From Paraspadella gotoi (taxonomy: Eukaryota > Animalia > Chaetognatha): a DNA stretch of 64,000 bases. Both the position numbers and the translations under genes were made by a program. The first letter of the stretch is position 1; each line of letters starts with the position of its first letter. Below the pieces are notes generated by a model. The model was given only the letters and a program-made list of their open reading frames with translations. It did no database searches and was not told where the DNA came from. Below, piece after piece: positions 48,297 through 61,579 of this stretch. The stretch spans positions 20,798,115 through 20,862,114 of the forward strand of contig CM119263.1 in assembly GCA_051294375.1 (NCBI GenBank). The letters run 5' to 3'.

Positions 48297-50719
48297 TCTC
48301 AATGTTTGTTGAAAAAATTATTTGTGATTTCAATGCTGATATGAAGGCTTGAGTGTAAGCCGAAACATGTCCAAAGTTAATAAAAAAAATTTATTGTTCC
48401 AAGAAAATTTTCGTTTTTAATTAAGTAAATAAATAAATAAAAAAGAAATAATAAAAAAAACTTAAATAAATAAAGGAACAAAAAGAGGGCTTATGAAAAA
48501 AGGGACAAAAAGGAAAAATTAGCCAAAGAAAGAAAATAAAAAAAAAACAAAAAACGTCGATGGCAGAAAAAAAAGGTAAAAGCTAAAAAAAAGAAAAAAG
48601 CTAAGGTTAGAAAAAGATGATCGGAATGAAGAATGCAGAGGAGAAAAGGTTGATGGTGAAATTAAAAAAAAGAAAGAAGTAATGAGGTTTTAACGATTAT
48701 CTGTCCACGACACGAGTGGAACATGAAACCAAGCGTAAATTTTTTAGATGCCGACGAAGTATTAATTATTTATAATACGTTCTTTTGTCGTTATTTAAAT
48801 GAATATGATTTAATCATTATAACTTCCAAATTAATAGATTAATCAAAGTGAAATGAAATAAGAAAAGGACATCATCAAAGCTAAATTTTATTTTTTTTAA
48901 TTAGAGATGAAAGGGACACAACTCGCTTTCACCATCTATCCCCTCTCGAGTTTCACAATCTCACCATCTTCACTTTTCTCCCTCAAAAGATGATCACCGC
49001 TTTGTTAGTTCGTGCCGCTAAAGAAGGCAGCCAACGGCCAAAAAGGCCACCGCCGCAGCCGCCGCAGCCGCCACCGCCGTAGCCGCCACCGCTGCCGCCG
49101 CCCAAAAAGACATAACAAAGGCGGAGTGGCGCATAAAAACGTCTGCCTTGTTGTTTTTACGGACAAATAGCGGAGGAGTCTCGTCACGAAACTGGTCGCG
49201 GATCGGTACGATCTTGCTCGAAAAGCATAAAGCGAAAATTGTTACTACTGTCGGCGCCGTCGTTTGAAACGTTGACTAAAAGATGGGTCAGTGTCCGCTC
49301 TTATAGAGTCAGGTCGGTTCCGTCGGGTGTGTTATTTGGGGTTGTGGCGGAAAAAAGAGGTTGTGGGGGTAAGGAGAGTGGGATTGCCGTGATGGGTAAG
49401 TTTGCGGAGAGCGGAATAAGGTTGAGCCAGAGAGAGAGAGAGAGAGAGAGAAAAATTGAATGGCAGTAAAAAATTTCGCGGTCGACAGTAAAACGTCCGA
49501 GAGGAGGGAGCAGCGGGCAATGTGACCTTTGGCAACGGACCGTGCAAGATTGCGGACCGGACACTGATGGCGGTGACGTGTGTCTGATTAAATCATGTGT
49601 AATATTGTATATTATAATGTAAAAATATCAACATCTGAATAAAAAAACTTGACGGTCTGTCTCTCTCTCTCTCTCTCTCTCTGCCATTCCTACATCCTTT
49701 CACTAACAAACTTCAAAAAACCTCTTTAAACTCATAAGAAAAAAGAGGGGACAGCGCCACGACCCATGACCCGACCAGAATATGAGACGGGAAGCCGCTC
49801 GACCTATGACCCGAGGTCGGAGATGAGACGAAGGCGGGCGACGCGATTACCTTTGATCTGACCTAAAACAAATGACAGGAAATGCAAAAAATCTCAGGCA
49901 GACATTTTCGTGACCGAAAAGTTTTTCTCTTTGCGTTGGTCGACGGATGACAATTATAATTTATATATGGAGACAAAACTGAAAACATATGAAGATAAAA
50001 AAAGTTACAAGCAATTTAGCTCCATAACAACCTTAGTACGAACGCTGTTCAGTTAGGTCTAAAAAAATGGGAGTTCATCTTCCTCCAACCCAACCCATGG
50101 CATAGAGAGATACCCCGGGATCCGATTTTCCGAAACCAATGGCAACTGACGGAAAAATCTCTCAGATCGTAATAAGTGTGGAGGTAATCCGAACGATCGG
50201 AGAGGCATGTCGACCACTTTTCTCTCAGTAACTTCAGCATTAATTAAAAAACCAATCATGCCAATCATATCTAATCCACTCTGCTTAGAATATCTTATTC
50301 CAAAATAATCAATGTCGTTCCAATTAATGCATCTCGAATAAAACGTCGTACATTTTTTAAATTTGGCAAAAACCCTAATTCGAAATTTCTTATCGTTACC
50401 GATCTTAAATTTTATTTTCTTGAATAAAAAAAAACCAAGAACCTCCAAAAACTATATAATTTGTCAATTTGTTGCTCTTTTTCTTGCTTTTTCTTTCGAA
50501 GAACCGCATATACAAAGTAGTAACCTAAAAATTTATAAATTCATTAATATCATGGCATTCAGAAACAACGATCACCAAGGTTTTTAGTTGCGCCACAAGT
50601 ACTCACTGAGCAACTCTATAAGTCTAGGCGAAAATCTTGTTTAAAAAATCTTAAAAGTATAGTGATCTCGCCAGACCTTACTATCAAAGAAAATTAATGA
50701 AAAAGCACTATAATCTAAT

Positions 50720-51200
50720 TTGCAAGTTAAAAAAATTATGCAAGTTTAGAAAATTATGCAAGTTTAAAAATTATACAAATTGAAAAAATTATGCAAGTTT
50801 AAAATTACATGCAAATTGAAAAAAATTATGCAAGTTAAAAAAAATTATGCAAAGTTAAAAAAATTATGTAAGTTGAAAAATTATGCAAGTTTAAAAAATA
50901 ATGCAAGTTGAAAAAATTATGCAAATTGAAAAAATATATGCAAGTTAAAAAATTATACAAGTTTAAAAATTATGCAAGTTGAAAAATTATGCAAGTTGAA
51001 AAATTATGCAATTTAAAAAAATTATGCAAATTAAAAAAATATGCAAGTTGAAAAAATTATGCAAGTTAAAAAATTATGCAAGTTGAAAAATTATGCAAGT
51101 TAAAAAAATTATACAAGTATTATGCAAGTTGAAAAAATTATGCAAGTTGAAAAAATATATGCAAGTTGAAAAAATGATGCAAGTTGAAAAAATGATGCAA
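50720..51200. repeat. ~19-bp minisatellite (aaaaaattatgcaagttg); second block at ~51995-52245
   Basis: Tandem units are directly visible. Confidence 0.9.
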
Positions 51201-52515
51201 TTTAAGAGGAAAGGTCATTCAGCATAACAATACGTAATCATTGATGTGTTAGAGCTAATATGTCGAGAAATACATTATAGTCATCAGTAATCACAAAGAA
51301 ATAAGTTCTTATTTATTTGTGTTCATTCTGTTTTCAATATTTTTTTTTTAAATGGGTAAATAACAAAATTGTTAAGTTAAATGGGTAAGCACATTTTTTA
51401 AAGATTTGTTTTTTCAATCTGGTTGTTAAAAAATTCTAGTAAGAAGTTAAAACACGGTATGGGATAGTTTTAGAGGGAGAATTGTTGGTTTTTCCAGTCA
51501 TGAACAAAATCTTCAGTTAAAATGATGGTAAAGAAATTCGAGCTACAATGAATCTACACTGAATTTGAAGAGTTGCAGCCAAAACGACTGCAATAATATT
51601 GAATTAAAAATTTGATTAGCAATCTTAAAAACATTTGTAAAAATGTAATAGAGAGACATTTTGATAAACGCGTTCCAGTTAGAAAGAATTCAGGGTTAAA
51701 GTTTAAAAACGTTTGATTTTCAAGGATACAAGTTGAAATTTAAAAAATGTCTCTCTATTACATTTTTCTAATTCAGTAATAAAGAATTCATAAAAATATC
51801 AGATGGATTGGCCTTTTCGTTTGACCTGCAACTCTTCAGATAGGTTTCTTTTTATTTTATATTATAATTAAAACCGATATAAAATGGGGTAGAATGTGAA
51901 AGTGAATACATTTCGGAATCGCCAGGAGCTCAGCTTTTCTGAATTTGTACTCCATTTTAGCCTATTTTGAAGTTGAATTGAATGACCTTTTTCTTAAAAA
52001 ATTATGCAAATTAAAAAATTATGCAATGTTAAAAAAATTATACAAGTTGAAAAAAATTATGCAAGTTGAAAAATTATGCAAGTTGAACAAATTATACAAT
52101 TTAAAAAATTATGCAAATTAAAAAAATTATGCAAGTTGAAAAAATTATGCAAGATGAAAAAATTATATAAGTTTGAAAAAATTATACAAATTTAAAAAAT
52201 TATGCAAGTTAAAAAAAGTATGTAAGTTGAAAAAAGTATGCAGGTTGGCAATATAAAAAGTGTGATGCGACGGACGACAACAATAACGACGACGACGACG
52301 ACGACGACTACGTCACAAATAAGAATCAGAAGCAGCAGCGACGGAGAAAAAGAGAGAGAGAGAGCGACATATAATTAAAGAGAGAGAGAGAAGCTGAACT
52401 CGTCCGGTTGCCTCGGAGGTAGCGCGAGCTCCCCCCAATCTAAAGACTCGGGTTCGCGGCCCTGCTAATTCACAAAAGAAAAGCAAAAAAAAAACTGAAT
52501 AAAAAATTGTTTTGT

Positions 52516-52566
<51 letters not shown>

Positions 52567-54230
52567 AGAGTGAGAAAGAGAGAGAGAGAGAGTTTTCCCA
52601 CCAACGAGACGCATTATTAGGTCACTCTCGTTTATTTTCGGTTTTCCGTGCCTCGCAACGGCGGCTGAAATTGGTTCATGTTGATTTATCACGTAACGTT
52701 TCCGTTGCCATTAGGTCATATTCCTCGACATTGTTTACATTGTTTACATTGTTTTAACCACGAAATCTAGGTCAAGTAAGTTATTGTATTTTGGGATTTT
52801 GTATTGAGATAAAAATAATAAATGGCGATAAAAAAGTTTTAAAAGGAAAAAAAATAATCAGAATTTTTAAAAAATGAACGATCCACGCAAGAGATTCATA
52901 CAGAGAGAGACAGACACACACAGAGAGAGAGACAGAGAGAGACAGAGAGAGAAAAGGCACACAGAGAAGACCAGATGAGAGAGGACACACAGAGGAGAGA
53001 CCGCAAAACAAATTAATTTTTAGAACCGTGATAGAAATAAAATTGTGTTAGTATATGTGATTAATAACATAAACAATAACTTCTATTTTTTTTTAAATTG
53101 AAATAAGAGCTTAGAAGCGCTATAGAAAAAGAAGCCAGTGACTTTTTTTCTATATTTCTATATCGATAGAGTTGTGGAATTGACGGGGAATATTGTAAAT
53201 CACAAGTTTTCGCTTAATCGGACCTCACATTGTGGAGAAATCTTAGGGAAACCCATCAAAATTCACCCCTTTTTTTTCAACATTCTCGCCTTTTTATAGA
53301 TTTTCGCCGATTCTGACTTCCTCTTACAAACTTATAAATTCCGCTAGTTAATTTTTTTCTTAAAAAAGAAGGCGAAGGGAATCCATACTTTCTGTTATTT
53401 TATGATTTCTGGGTAAAAAAATATAGATGAATTACATTATTATTGGGATATTAAGAAAGTAAAATGTCTTGTGAAGCCTGTGAGAGTTAAATAATTAAAA
53501 GATTCGCCTATTTTTATTATGAAAAATGACATTAAGTGAAGTAGTTGAACCGTCTTCCAGCGTCATTTCACTAAACATTCACTGTTCTCTAACAAAAATA
53601 ATGTTACTTTTTGCTGGTGGAAAAGAAAGATAAATAGTTAGGCTGTGATGGGGTGAATAATATTTTGTAGAATTTTGTGAAGCATGCTTGTAATATCAGG
53701 CAAGCAAAGTATTTAGTGAAAAAAAAAATTATATTTCCTTTATCCAAAAAACTTTAAAGTTTTACTATAGTACAATTTAGCCTTTTTTCTTTCAGAATCA
53801 CTAAAAAGAATTTAATTTTCATTTTATTTTATGGGTTTCATTAGTTTTTAAAATTCATTATAATTTTGACTTAGTTTGACACTCACCCTGTAAAGAGGTT
53901 TCAGCAAAAAATAATTCTAGATATTGTAACTTGTATGTGCCCAATGATTATGGCTTCATTTTGTACTATTGCCATCCCTGCTATCTTTGTTTCCTTCAAG
54001 AGATATCAGGAAAACATCAGTTTTTTTTCGTCTCAACCTTCCTTTTAATTCCTTATTAAATAAAAATTTTCATGTTGTCAAACCAGACCATTGGACTTTA
54101 CAATGCGTTGGTTTACTATGAAGAGTTTGGTCAATATGAAAAAGAAAAATTTGGCAAGCTGCTTGAGACAAAGAGGCCTTTCTAATCTCAAATTCGAAGT
54201 TAATATTTTATAATGTTAACATACCCTAGC

Positions 54231-54330
54231 NNNNNNNNNNNNNNNNNNNNNNNNNNNNNNNNNNNNNNNNNNNNNNNNNNNNNNNNNNNNNNNNNNNNNN
54301 NNNNNNNNNNNNNNNNNNNNNNNNNNNNNN
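54231..54330. other. Assembly gap (100 N)
   Basis: A run of 100 N. Confidence 1.
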
Positions 54331-54762
54331 TTTCTTTTTTTCCTCTACTTTTGTCTTCGAGTCTTCGAGTTAAGGACGGAGTTGAAACGGACCACGAAGG
54401 CGACAGGAAACCTTACCCTCGTTACGATCTTGACCATACCCAATTCATTCGTCGAATCGGGTGATTAAATGCTGCTTACTGCTCAACGATCATAAATTGC
54501 GATTTATGATGCATCGAAGCGGTTGCCTAACAAATTAATTTACTACAAATTAATGTAGTGCATTGTACAACAAAAAATTATGTATTACAAGCCTGTTTGA
54601 GAATAAAAAAAATTGAATTTTCCCCCTTAGAAAACTGAGTAAATTTCGGTTCCATTGTTACATTATTTTCTTGAGAGTCAGATTGTATATAAAATAATTA
54701 TATAACAATGTAGTCTCAAAGGTTAAATAAATAAATAAATAAATATATATTATATATAAATT

Positions 54763-54910
54763 GAAGAGACAGTAATTATCGTTATATGTTAGTGACAGAA
54801 CCGTTCAATATAAGCAGTCCCTGAGCTTCGGATCAGGCTGTAACACCGAGTTACAGGCGGGTTAAGCGCCCCGTCCCCCTTAACTGCAAGGCGGCCACCA
54901 GGCTAGAACC
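54763..54910 (-). mobile_element. 5'-truncated SINE S1
   Basis: It is colinear with 35104-35251. Confidence 0.75.
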
Positions 54911-56496
54911 TCTGCTGCATTTTCTAATAAAGAATTGATATAATTTTTGCTACTTTTAATAAAAAAAATTATGTCCATTTTTGTCCATTTTGACTTTTGT
55001 CTTGAGATTTGAACGTCAAGATCATTGAAGAAAATTTTTTTACTCTGGATTTTGGGTACTTCTTATCTTCTTTACCACTGAGTCGGTTAATTTGCCATTG
55101 GTAATCCATTGTTTGCCTATGAATTCATTTTTAAATTGACTAGTCAAAAATTTACATTTTTACATTTCATTACAATTTGTTCTACGAAAATACTTCAAAA
55201 TATCCACAAATCTAATAAAATATTTCATTTCAACGGTGCTTCTGGTACCTAAAAAATTAGGGCAAAAAATTTAATAGTTTTGCAGCAATTAAATTTTTAA
55301 GTCAACTTTTAATTTGTAAAGGATTTGTGAGGTGCCTTTTATTTGAACTAAAACTGGGTTTTTGACTGATTTTATAATTTTAATAGATGAGAAATATAGT
55401 AAGGTTAAAAAAAAACCGCATTCTTTTAATGTAATGGAAAGCATCAGTAATTTTTTTCCTCTCAATCGACAGGTTTTTGCGGAAAAAATTTTCGCAAAAA
55501 TCTCGATTTTTTAAATCTGCTAGGCAACCAAACTTTGAATAAAATCATACGATACTTAATAATTTTTTCTTACAATACATTTTAAATATTTTTATACATC
55601 CAGTATGATATAAATGGAAAAAATGAATGAAAATGAGAAAAAGATAAGAGAAGAGAGAGCATGGGGAAAAAAAGAGAGAAAGAGTGGAAAGAAATTAATA
55701 TAGAGAAGGGGGAGAACGAAAACAATTAAGAGAAAAAAAAAGATAAGAAAGAGGGAAGAAAGGGAATCAGAGAGGGAGAGAAAAGCAGAGATAGAGAGGA
55801 AGAGAAATAAAGGTAAAGGAAGAAAAGAAGGGATGACACAGAAAAATATGAGGACAGAAAAGTCGGAGATAGGGAGAGAAAGAGAGAAAGAGAGAAAAAG
55901 AGAGGGACAGTGAGAAGGTTCAAGAGAGAAAAAAATAGTGAAAAAAATGGAAAAAAGTTTTAAAATATAGCGAGCCGTTTTTGTTTTTTTTTGCCTAAGC
56001 TGTAGTATATCTAAAAAACGCGATAGATCTGACGAGCAATTTAATCTTTAAAAGTTGTCCTTACCATGAAAAATCGTTTTAGTTTCATCTTAATTAGGGT
56101 AGATACCTTAATTAGAATGATTAAGCCTTAATTTCTTTTACCTTAATTTAAGGTAAAAGAAATTATGTCTTACCATATTTTGAAAGCATAGAAATTCACC
56201 CAGTGAGTTCGATGTTATAAGGAGAAAATAACTATAGCCAACCGTTTTTTAAAATAAAGCATGTTTTATATTAATCAGTGGAAACAAAAGAAATAATAGC
56301 TATATAAGCCGAATATAAATCACTGACATATATGCTCCCTCTATTTCCAGAAGACAACACTGACTTCCCCTTCCCAAAATGAGTTATTAGATATAATGAT
56401 AAGTAAAAAATTTTTAAGAAAGCGATACATTGTAGTGGTAGTATTTCATACCCCACTACTCGTCCGAGAATCCGCAGCACCTATGCCATAGGCTAT

Positions 56497-56652
56497 GGCG
56501 CCGGAGGTAGCACGAGCTCCTCCCAACCCAAAGGACTCGGGTTCGCGCCCTGCTGATTCACACAAGTAAAAGCGGGACGGGGCGTCTAACCCACCTGTAG
56601 TGTCGGACTACAGTCCGATCCGAAGTTCGGGACTTTGTGTGCAACGGACGGT
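56497..56652 (+). mobile_element. tRNA-derived SINE, subfamily related to S1; head-only copies at 52402-52473 (+) and 12901-12940 (-)
   Basis: The head ggcgccggaggtagcacgagctc..cccaa..gactcgggttcgcgccc is followed by the core gggacggggcgtctaaccc. Confidence 0.65.
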
Positions 56653-57305
56653 AAACTGCTCGCGGCATCGTTTTCCACAACATATATATATAAATATAGA
56701 TTAAAAAGTAAATCCTTCATAAAACATAAAAATAAAAAATAGTGAAACAAGTAATTTGAAAATTTTCATATAAATAAATAAATTAATTAATTAATTAATT
56801 AATTTTTTTCCTCGAGATGTAATCCGATAAACCAAACCATAGACCGTGACTCATTCATTCACTCGTTTAACCCGGAAGGCAGTCGATCGAAGAAAAGAGG
56901 TTAAGCCTCGCGGGTGAAGCGGCTGGGGTCGGGGAGCTAAACCCGCCCTTTGACATCTTGTCGCCCCTCGCTCTCTCTCTCCCTTCTCTCTCCAGATAGA
57001 GAAGGATTCATTTTCTCTCGTAATAACTGACCGCGGCTTTCCAACTTGCACAGATAATTTCTCGATTTAACGGTTATTTCTTATATTAAGGGAGAAATTT
57101 TAGTTAAGACGAACATTGAAGTATACTTTTTTCCCTGACGATACTCCCGTTTCCTTCTCTCTCATCTTCTCACTCTCCATCTCACTATCAATATCTTACC
57201 TTTTTTCCTCTCCGCTCACGAAGGTCGATAAATTCTGATCTCACCTCCGCGCGATGAAAAAATTCTTCACTTTACAAGAACAAAATTTGCATTTCTTCCC
57301 CCCCC

Positions 57306-57387
<82 letters not shown>

Positions 57388-57398
57388 TCTCTCCTCAC

Positions 57399-57873
57399 CT
57401 CCTCGATCTTGACCTTCCCCGTCCACTTGTTGGTTCCAAAGGGGCAGCAGCTCAAGTCGACAAGCCCCTTCTTTCTCTCCAGCATTTCCTTCAATATTTT
57501 TTTCGAGAGGACGAATCCCCACCTGTCGTTTCCGATCGGCTTAAGCCCTTCGTCCGGCCTGAGTTTCAGCCGATCGACGACGACCGGCGACTTTTCCCTG
57601 AACAGGGGGAAGGAATAATAAATATTAACATTTAAAAAAAATTAACTAAATTAAAAATGAACAAATATTAAAAATTCTAAAAGCTCGCCTAAGAGTCACG
57701 TCCCCGACGTCGATGGCCGAGAGAGCGACGCGATTGGTCGAGGCGGCTGCGGGGGATTTCTGCGTGACTCTCCGATTGGTCGATGTTGTGGGTGTTTTTT
57801 TCGGCGGCGTCTTCCGCCTCGCCGCCGCCGACGCCGCAGCCGCCGCTGTCGACTTTGTTTGTTTGCTCGCCAT
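57399..57873 (-). CDS. Probable first two coding exons (57873-57689, 57597-57399) of the LRR-like repeat gene
   Basis: The ATG at 57873 starts a basic, low-complexity N-terminus (MASKQTK..RRKTPPKK). Exon 2 encodes RWGFVLSKKILKEMLERKKGLVDL..KWT, matching the W.FV..K..L.E...L.L...WT repeat motif of 41131-46349. Confidence 0.65.
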
Positions 57874-58151
57874 TCGCTTCCGGTTTCGGCGATGGATTCT
57901 TTTCTTATTTTTTCTTGTCGGGTTGTTTTGAGAACCGACGGTTTCTTTTTTTTATTATTGGCGGGTACAGAAAGAGGGCGTGCAGCCGGTTAGTGGAGAC
58001 GAGTCTTTATACCCTCCTTTAGCGACATTTTCTTTCATTTCGGCGTCATTTTCGCTGAGCGGAGAAAGTATTTCTTTTGTTTTATTTTTTTATATTTGTG
58101 GGTTTTTATTGAGCGTTGAGTTTTTTAAAAAAGTCCCTTCCCTAAAAAGAA

Positions 58152-58228
<77 letters not shown>

Positions 58229-58467
58229 AGAGAGAGAGAGGAACAAAGGAAGGAAAAAAATAAGGAGAGAAAAATTAAAAATTAGAGGATGAAAGAAAAA
58301 AGGAAATAAATATACAAAAAACATACAAAAAACCTAAACATCAAAAAAATTCATATATTAACGAATAAACCAACAAAGCGCAGAGAAAAAAAGAAAAAAA
58401 GGGACAAAAAGAAAAGAAAACATCGCTGACGTCTTTCTAAAAATATCTCGCTGAGAGGGAAGGAGAA

Positions 58468-58505
<38 letters not shown>

Positions 58506-59836
58506 CCTACCGCTTTCCAACAACGAATCCGCCGCCCGGATGTCATCCCAGCGACGACGCCGAGCGCCTCCATAAAAGGTGCCGCTTTTTTGTCGATGTC
58601 GATTCGTCTTTTGTCTGTGAAGATTAGTTTTTCGGTTTTCAGGACGCAACAGAGTGGAAAGGCGGTAGTAGACGGGCGACGACGACGACGACGACGGCGA
58701 CTTGGATGACGATATCGACGAAAATGACGACAACGATGACGTCGGCGAAGAGAAAAGCAACGTTAATGACAATGACCACAACGATGACGTTCGAGAAAAA
58801 GATATAATTTGAATTTTGAGAGGAAACCACATTGACTAAGATGACGACGACGACGCTGACTCAGCCTTACCACAACGACGACGTCGACGACGACGACAAC
58901 TTCGATTGCAGAAAAGTCGATAGAGAGATCATCCTAAATCAATTGGATGAAAACTAATTTCGTCGAAATATGAGTATGTGGAAAGGACCGGATAGGATAA
59001 CAATAGGATAGGGTGAAAATATGTATAAAATTTGTTAGATATTACAAAGAATAATATGACATCAAGTGGTTTAGAGATCAAGATTTAATTTTGAAGAAAA
59101 TAAAATCAATCAAAACCATATCTGAAGAATTTCCAGGGAGAACTGAAACGCGGAGAACGAGTTCGAGGAGAACGAGGAGAACAAGGAGAACAAATGGAGG
59201 TTTGTGGAGAATGAGAATCGGCGACTATAAGCTAACGAGAGGCTCCTCTTGGAAAAGAAGAAGAGAAAGAATTGAGGACCACAGATAATGAGATCCGTTG
59301 GGAGAATAAAAATTTTCAGAGTCGCGAAATTTAATGAAAAAAAAAGAAAGATTATTTCTGATGTTTAATTAAATTAAAACGCTGTGTTGGAAAATCTTCA
59401 ACATTAATGCTACGCCGGGACAAAGTTTTCTTGACTGGCACCTATTCTCGTCACACTTTTAAAAGGCAATGGATGTTATGACAATTTGATGTTGTCAGAT
59501 ACAAGATAAAAGACATAAAAGACCTGTAAAGACTCTGAGTTGATCGGTTAGATTTTTAGAATTGATACTTTGGCACAAGTATTTTGAAAAATGTCAGTTA
59601 AATATAGTGACGACGACAACCCTCGGGTTTTTATACGTAACAATCGCCAGTGACAGTTTGCATAAAAGTAATGGGATACAAAATGTGTTATTGAGAGAAT
59701 ATATGAGCAAAATGATTAAAAGAGTTTTAATTGAAAAGAATAAAAGAATCTGAAAGACACAAAGGATAAAGGATAAAGGAGGTCGTTCGGTGAGGAACGC
59801 GAATTAATTATCGGAGAAAAGAAGAACAATTTTGAG

Positions 59837-59913
<77 letters not shown>

Positions 59914-59951
59914 TCAAAAATAACAATGATAATAATCTAATTAATTAGTTT

Positions 59952-59953
<2 letters not shown>

Positions 59954-60017
<64 letters not shown>

Positions 60018-60019
60018 TC

Positions 60020-60054
<35 letters not shown>

Positions 60055-60079
60055 TAATATCAATAATAATAATGATAAT
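59954..60079. repeat. (AAT)n microsatellite
   Basis: The repeat is directly visible. Confidence 0.95.
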
Positions 60080-60385
60080 TTCATACAGATATGCCTAGAT
60101 ACAAACCGTGGAATTTCTCGTTAACGTTACGACATCTTTCAAGCCACGTGTCTCGGTCGCCGCTCCTCGAATTAAAACGACGCTTACGCAACGACAATAG
60201 TTTTTGACCTTTTTTTTTTCTAGAAAATACGAGGAAAACTGTAGTACACAGACTATGAAAAAAAGTTTCGAAGGAAAAAATAGAAAAAAAAAACGAGAAG
60301 CTGAAGGAAATAAAGGTAATGACCCGCCTTTTCATTCGGTTAAGCAAGACTGTCCCAGTTGGAATGAAGTCGAGAAGGAAAGGAA

Positions 60386-60442
<57 letters not shown>

Positions 60443-60582
60443 GGAGCGCCCAGAGGCCAAAAACAAAAGCCAAGAGGTCCTGTTCTCAACAGGATGTCGC
60501 GTGACCTAGAGAGAGACTGACGTCGGCGGAAACCGAGGGAAAAAAAATAGATGGGAGGGAGGAAGGGACGAAGGGTGGATGG

Positions 60583-61579
60583 TAGGGCGTTGAAAAATAA
60601 CGAAATATAAACAAATCAAGTGAGGTACATAGCTATTTTAGTGTAATAAAGTCTGTAGAATTCGATGATGATAACCATTTTTTTGTATAGTCTCATCTTC
60701 TTTGTCCGAAATGGCGATTCTTGCGCATATAAGGTGCTATTAAAATGGAGCAAACATTGTAGAGTATAAGAAACTCAAATTATTAAGATTTTATAAAAGC
60801 CATATTTTAACTTACATAATATGAAAATAAAGACCCATATAAATATTTTGGTAAGTTTTTTTAACAAATTTTATATTTTATTAATAGTTTGTGAGCTATA
60901 TTTATTAATAAATAATAATAAAAATAAGCTAAAGTGAAAAAATAAAAATTTTAAATTTTAAAACCGGATTTGAATTCCTTACAAAAAGTTAGTATAAGAA
61001 AGTATAATCCATTTTAAAAAAAAATCTTTCATTAAGTAGGTTAAAAATTATTAAAACTAAATTATTTTGTTTAATTTTTCAATTTTTTCGCTTAAAATTA
61101 TTAGTTTTTTCTGAATATTTGACCAACTTAATGACATAATTTTGATATAAAAAATTATATTTTCTTTATCAACGTTTCCAAAGAATGCAAAATCCATGAA
61201 AAAATTTTTGAAATTATTATTTTTTAACTTTAGCCCAATTTTTACTCATAATTATTAATAAATTATGTTAACTAACTTTTATAAAACATAAAATTTAAAA
61301 ATAAACTTACCAAAATATTTTTATAAGTCTTTATTTTTATATTTCAAAGCTCATATAATTTTTTTAAATTTTTAATAATTTGATTTATCATAACTTATAA
61401 TGGTTTTGCTATTTTATAACAATTTTATAAACATTAAAAACCGCCATTTCCGACAAGAAAGATATAATAATATTACAAAAAAATGGTCATCCCGCGTCGA
61501 ATTCTACAGACTTACATTACACTAAAATAGCTATGTACCTCACTTGATTTGTTATATTTTGTTATTTTTCAACGCTCTA
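60583..61579. mobile_element. hAT-type MITE with long TIRs
   Basis: TIRs TAGGGCGTTGAAAAATAAC ... GTTATTTTTCAACGCTCTA extend more than 80 bp. A perfect 8-bp TSD GTGGATGG is at 60575-60582 and 61580-61587. Confidence 0.9.

Larger units (their letters stand above)
46375..48424 (-). mobile_element. Fold-back Penelope-like non-autonomous element (outer), ~520-bp arms
   Basis: The arm at 46408-46933 is inverted relative to 47036-47248 plus 48075-48424. A one-sided tail lies at 46375-46407, and taaataaataaat flanks both sides. Confidence 0.75.

Noticed and set aside
49000-50450. Additional exons of the repeat gene
   Set aside because: The GC-rich patches lack the repeat motif and I could not join them in phase.
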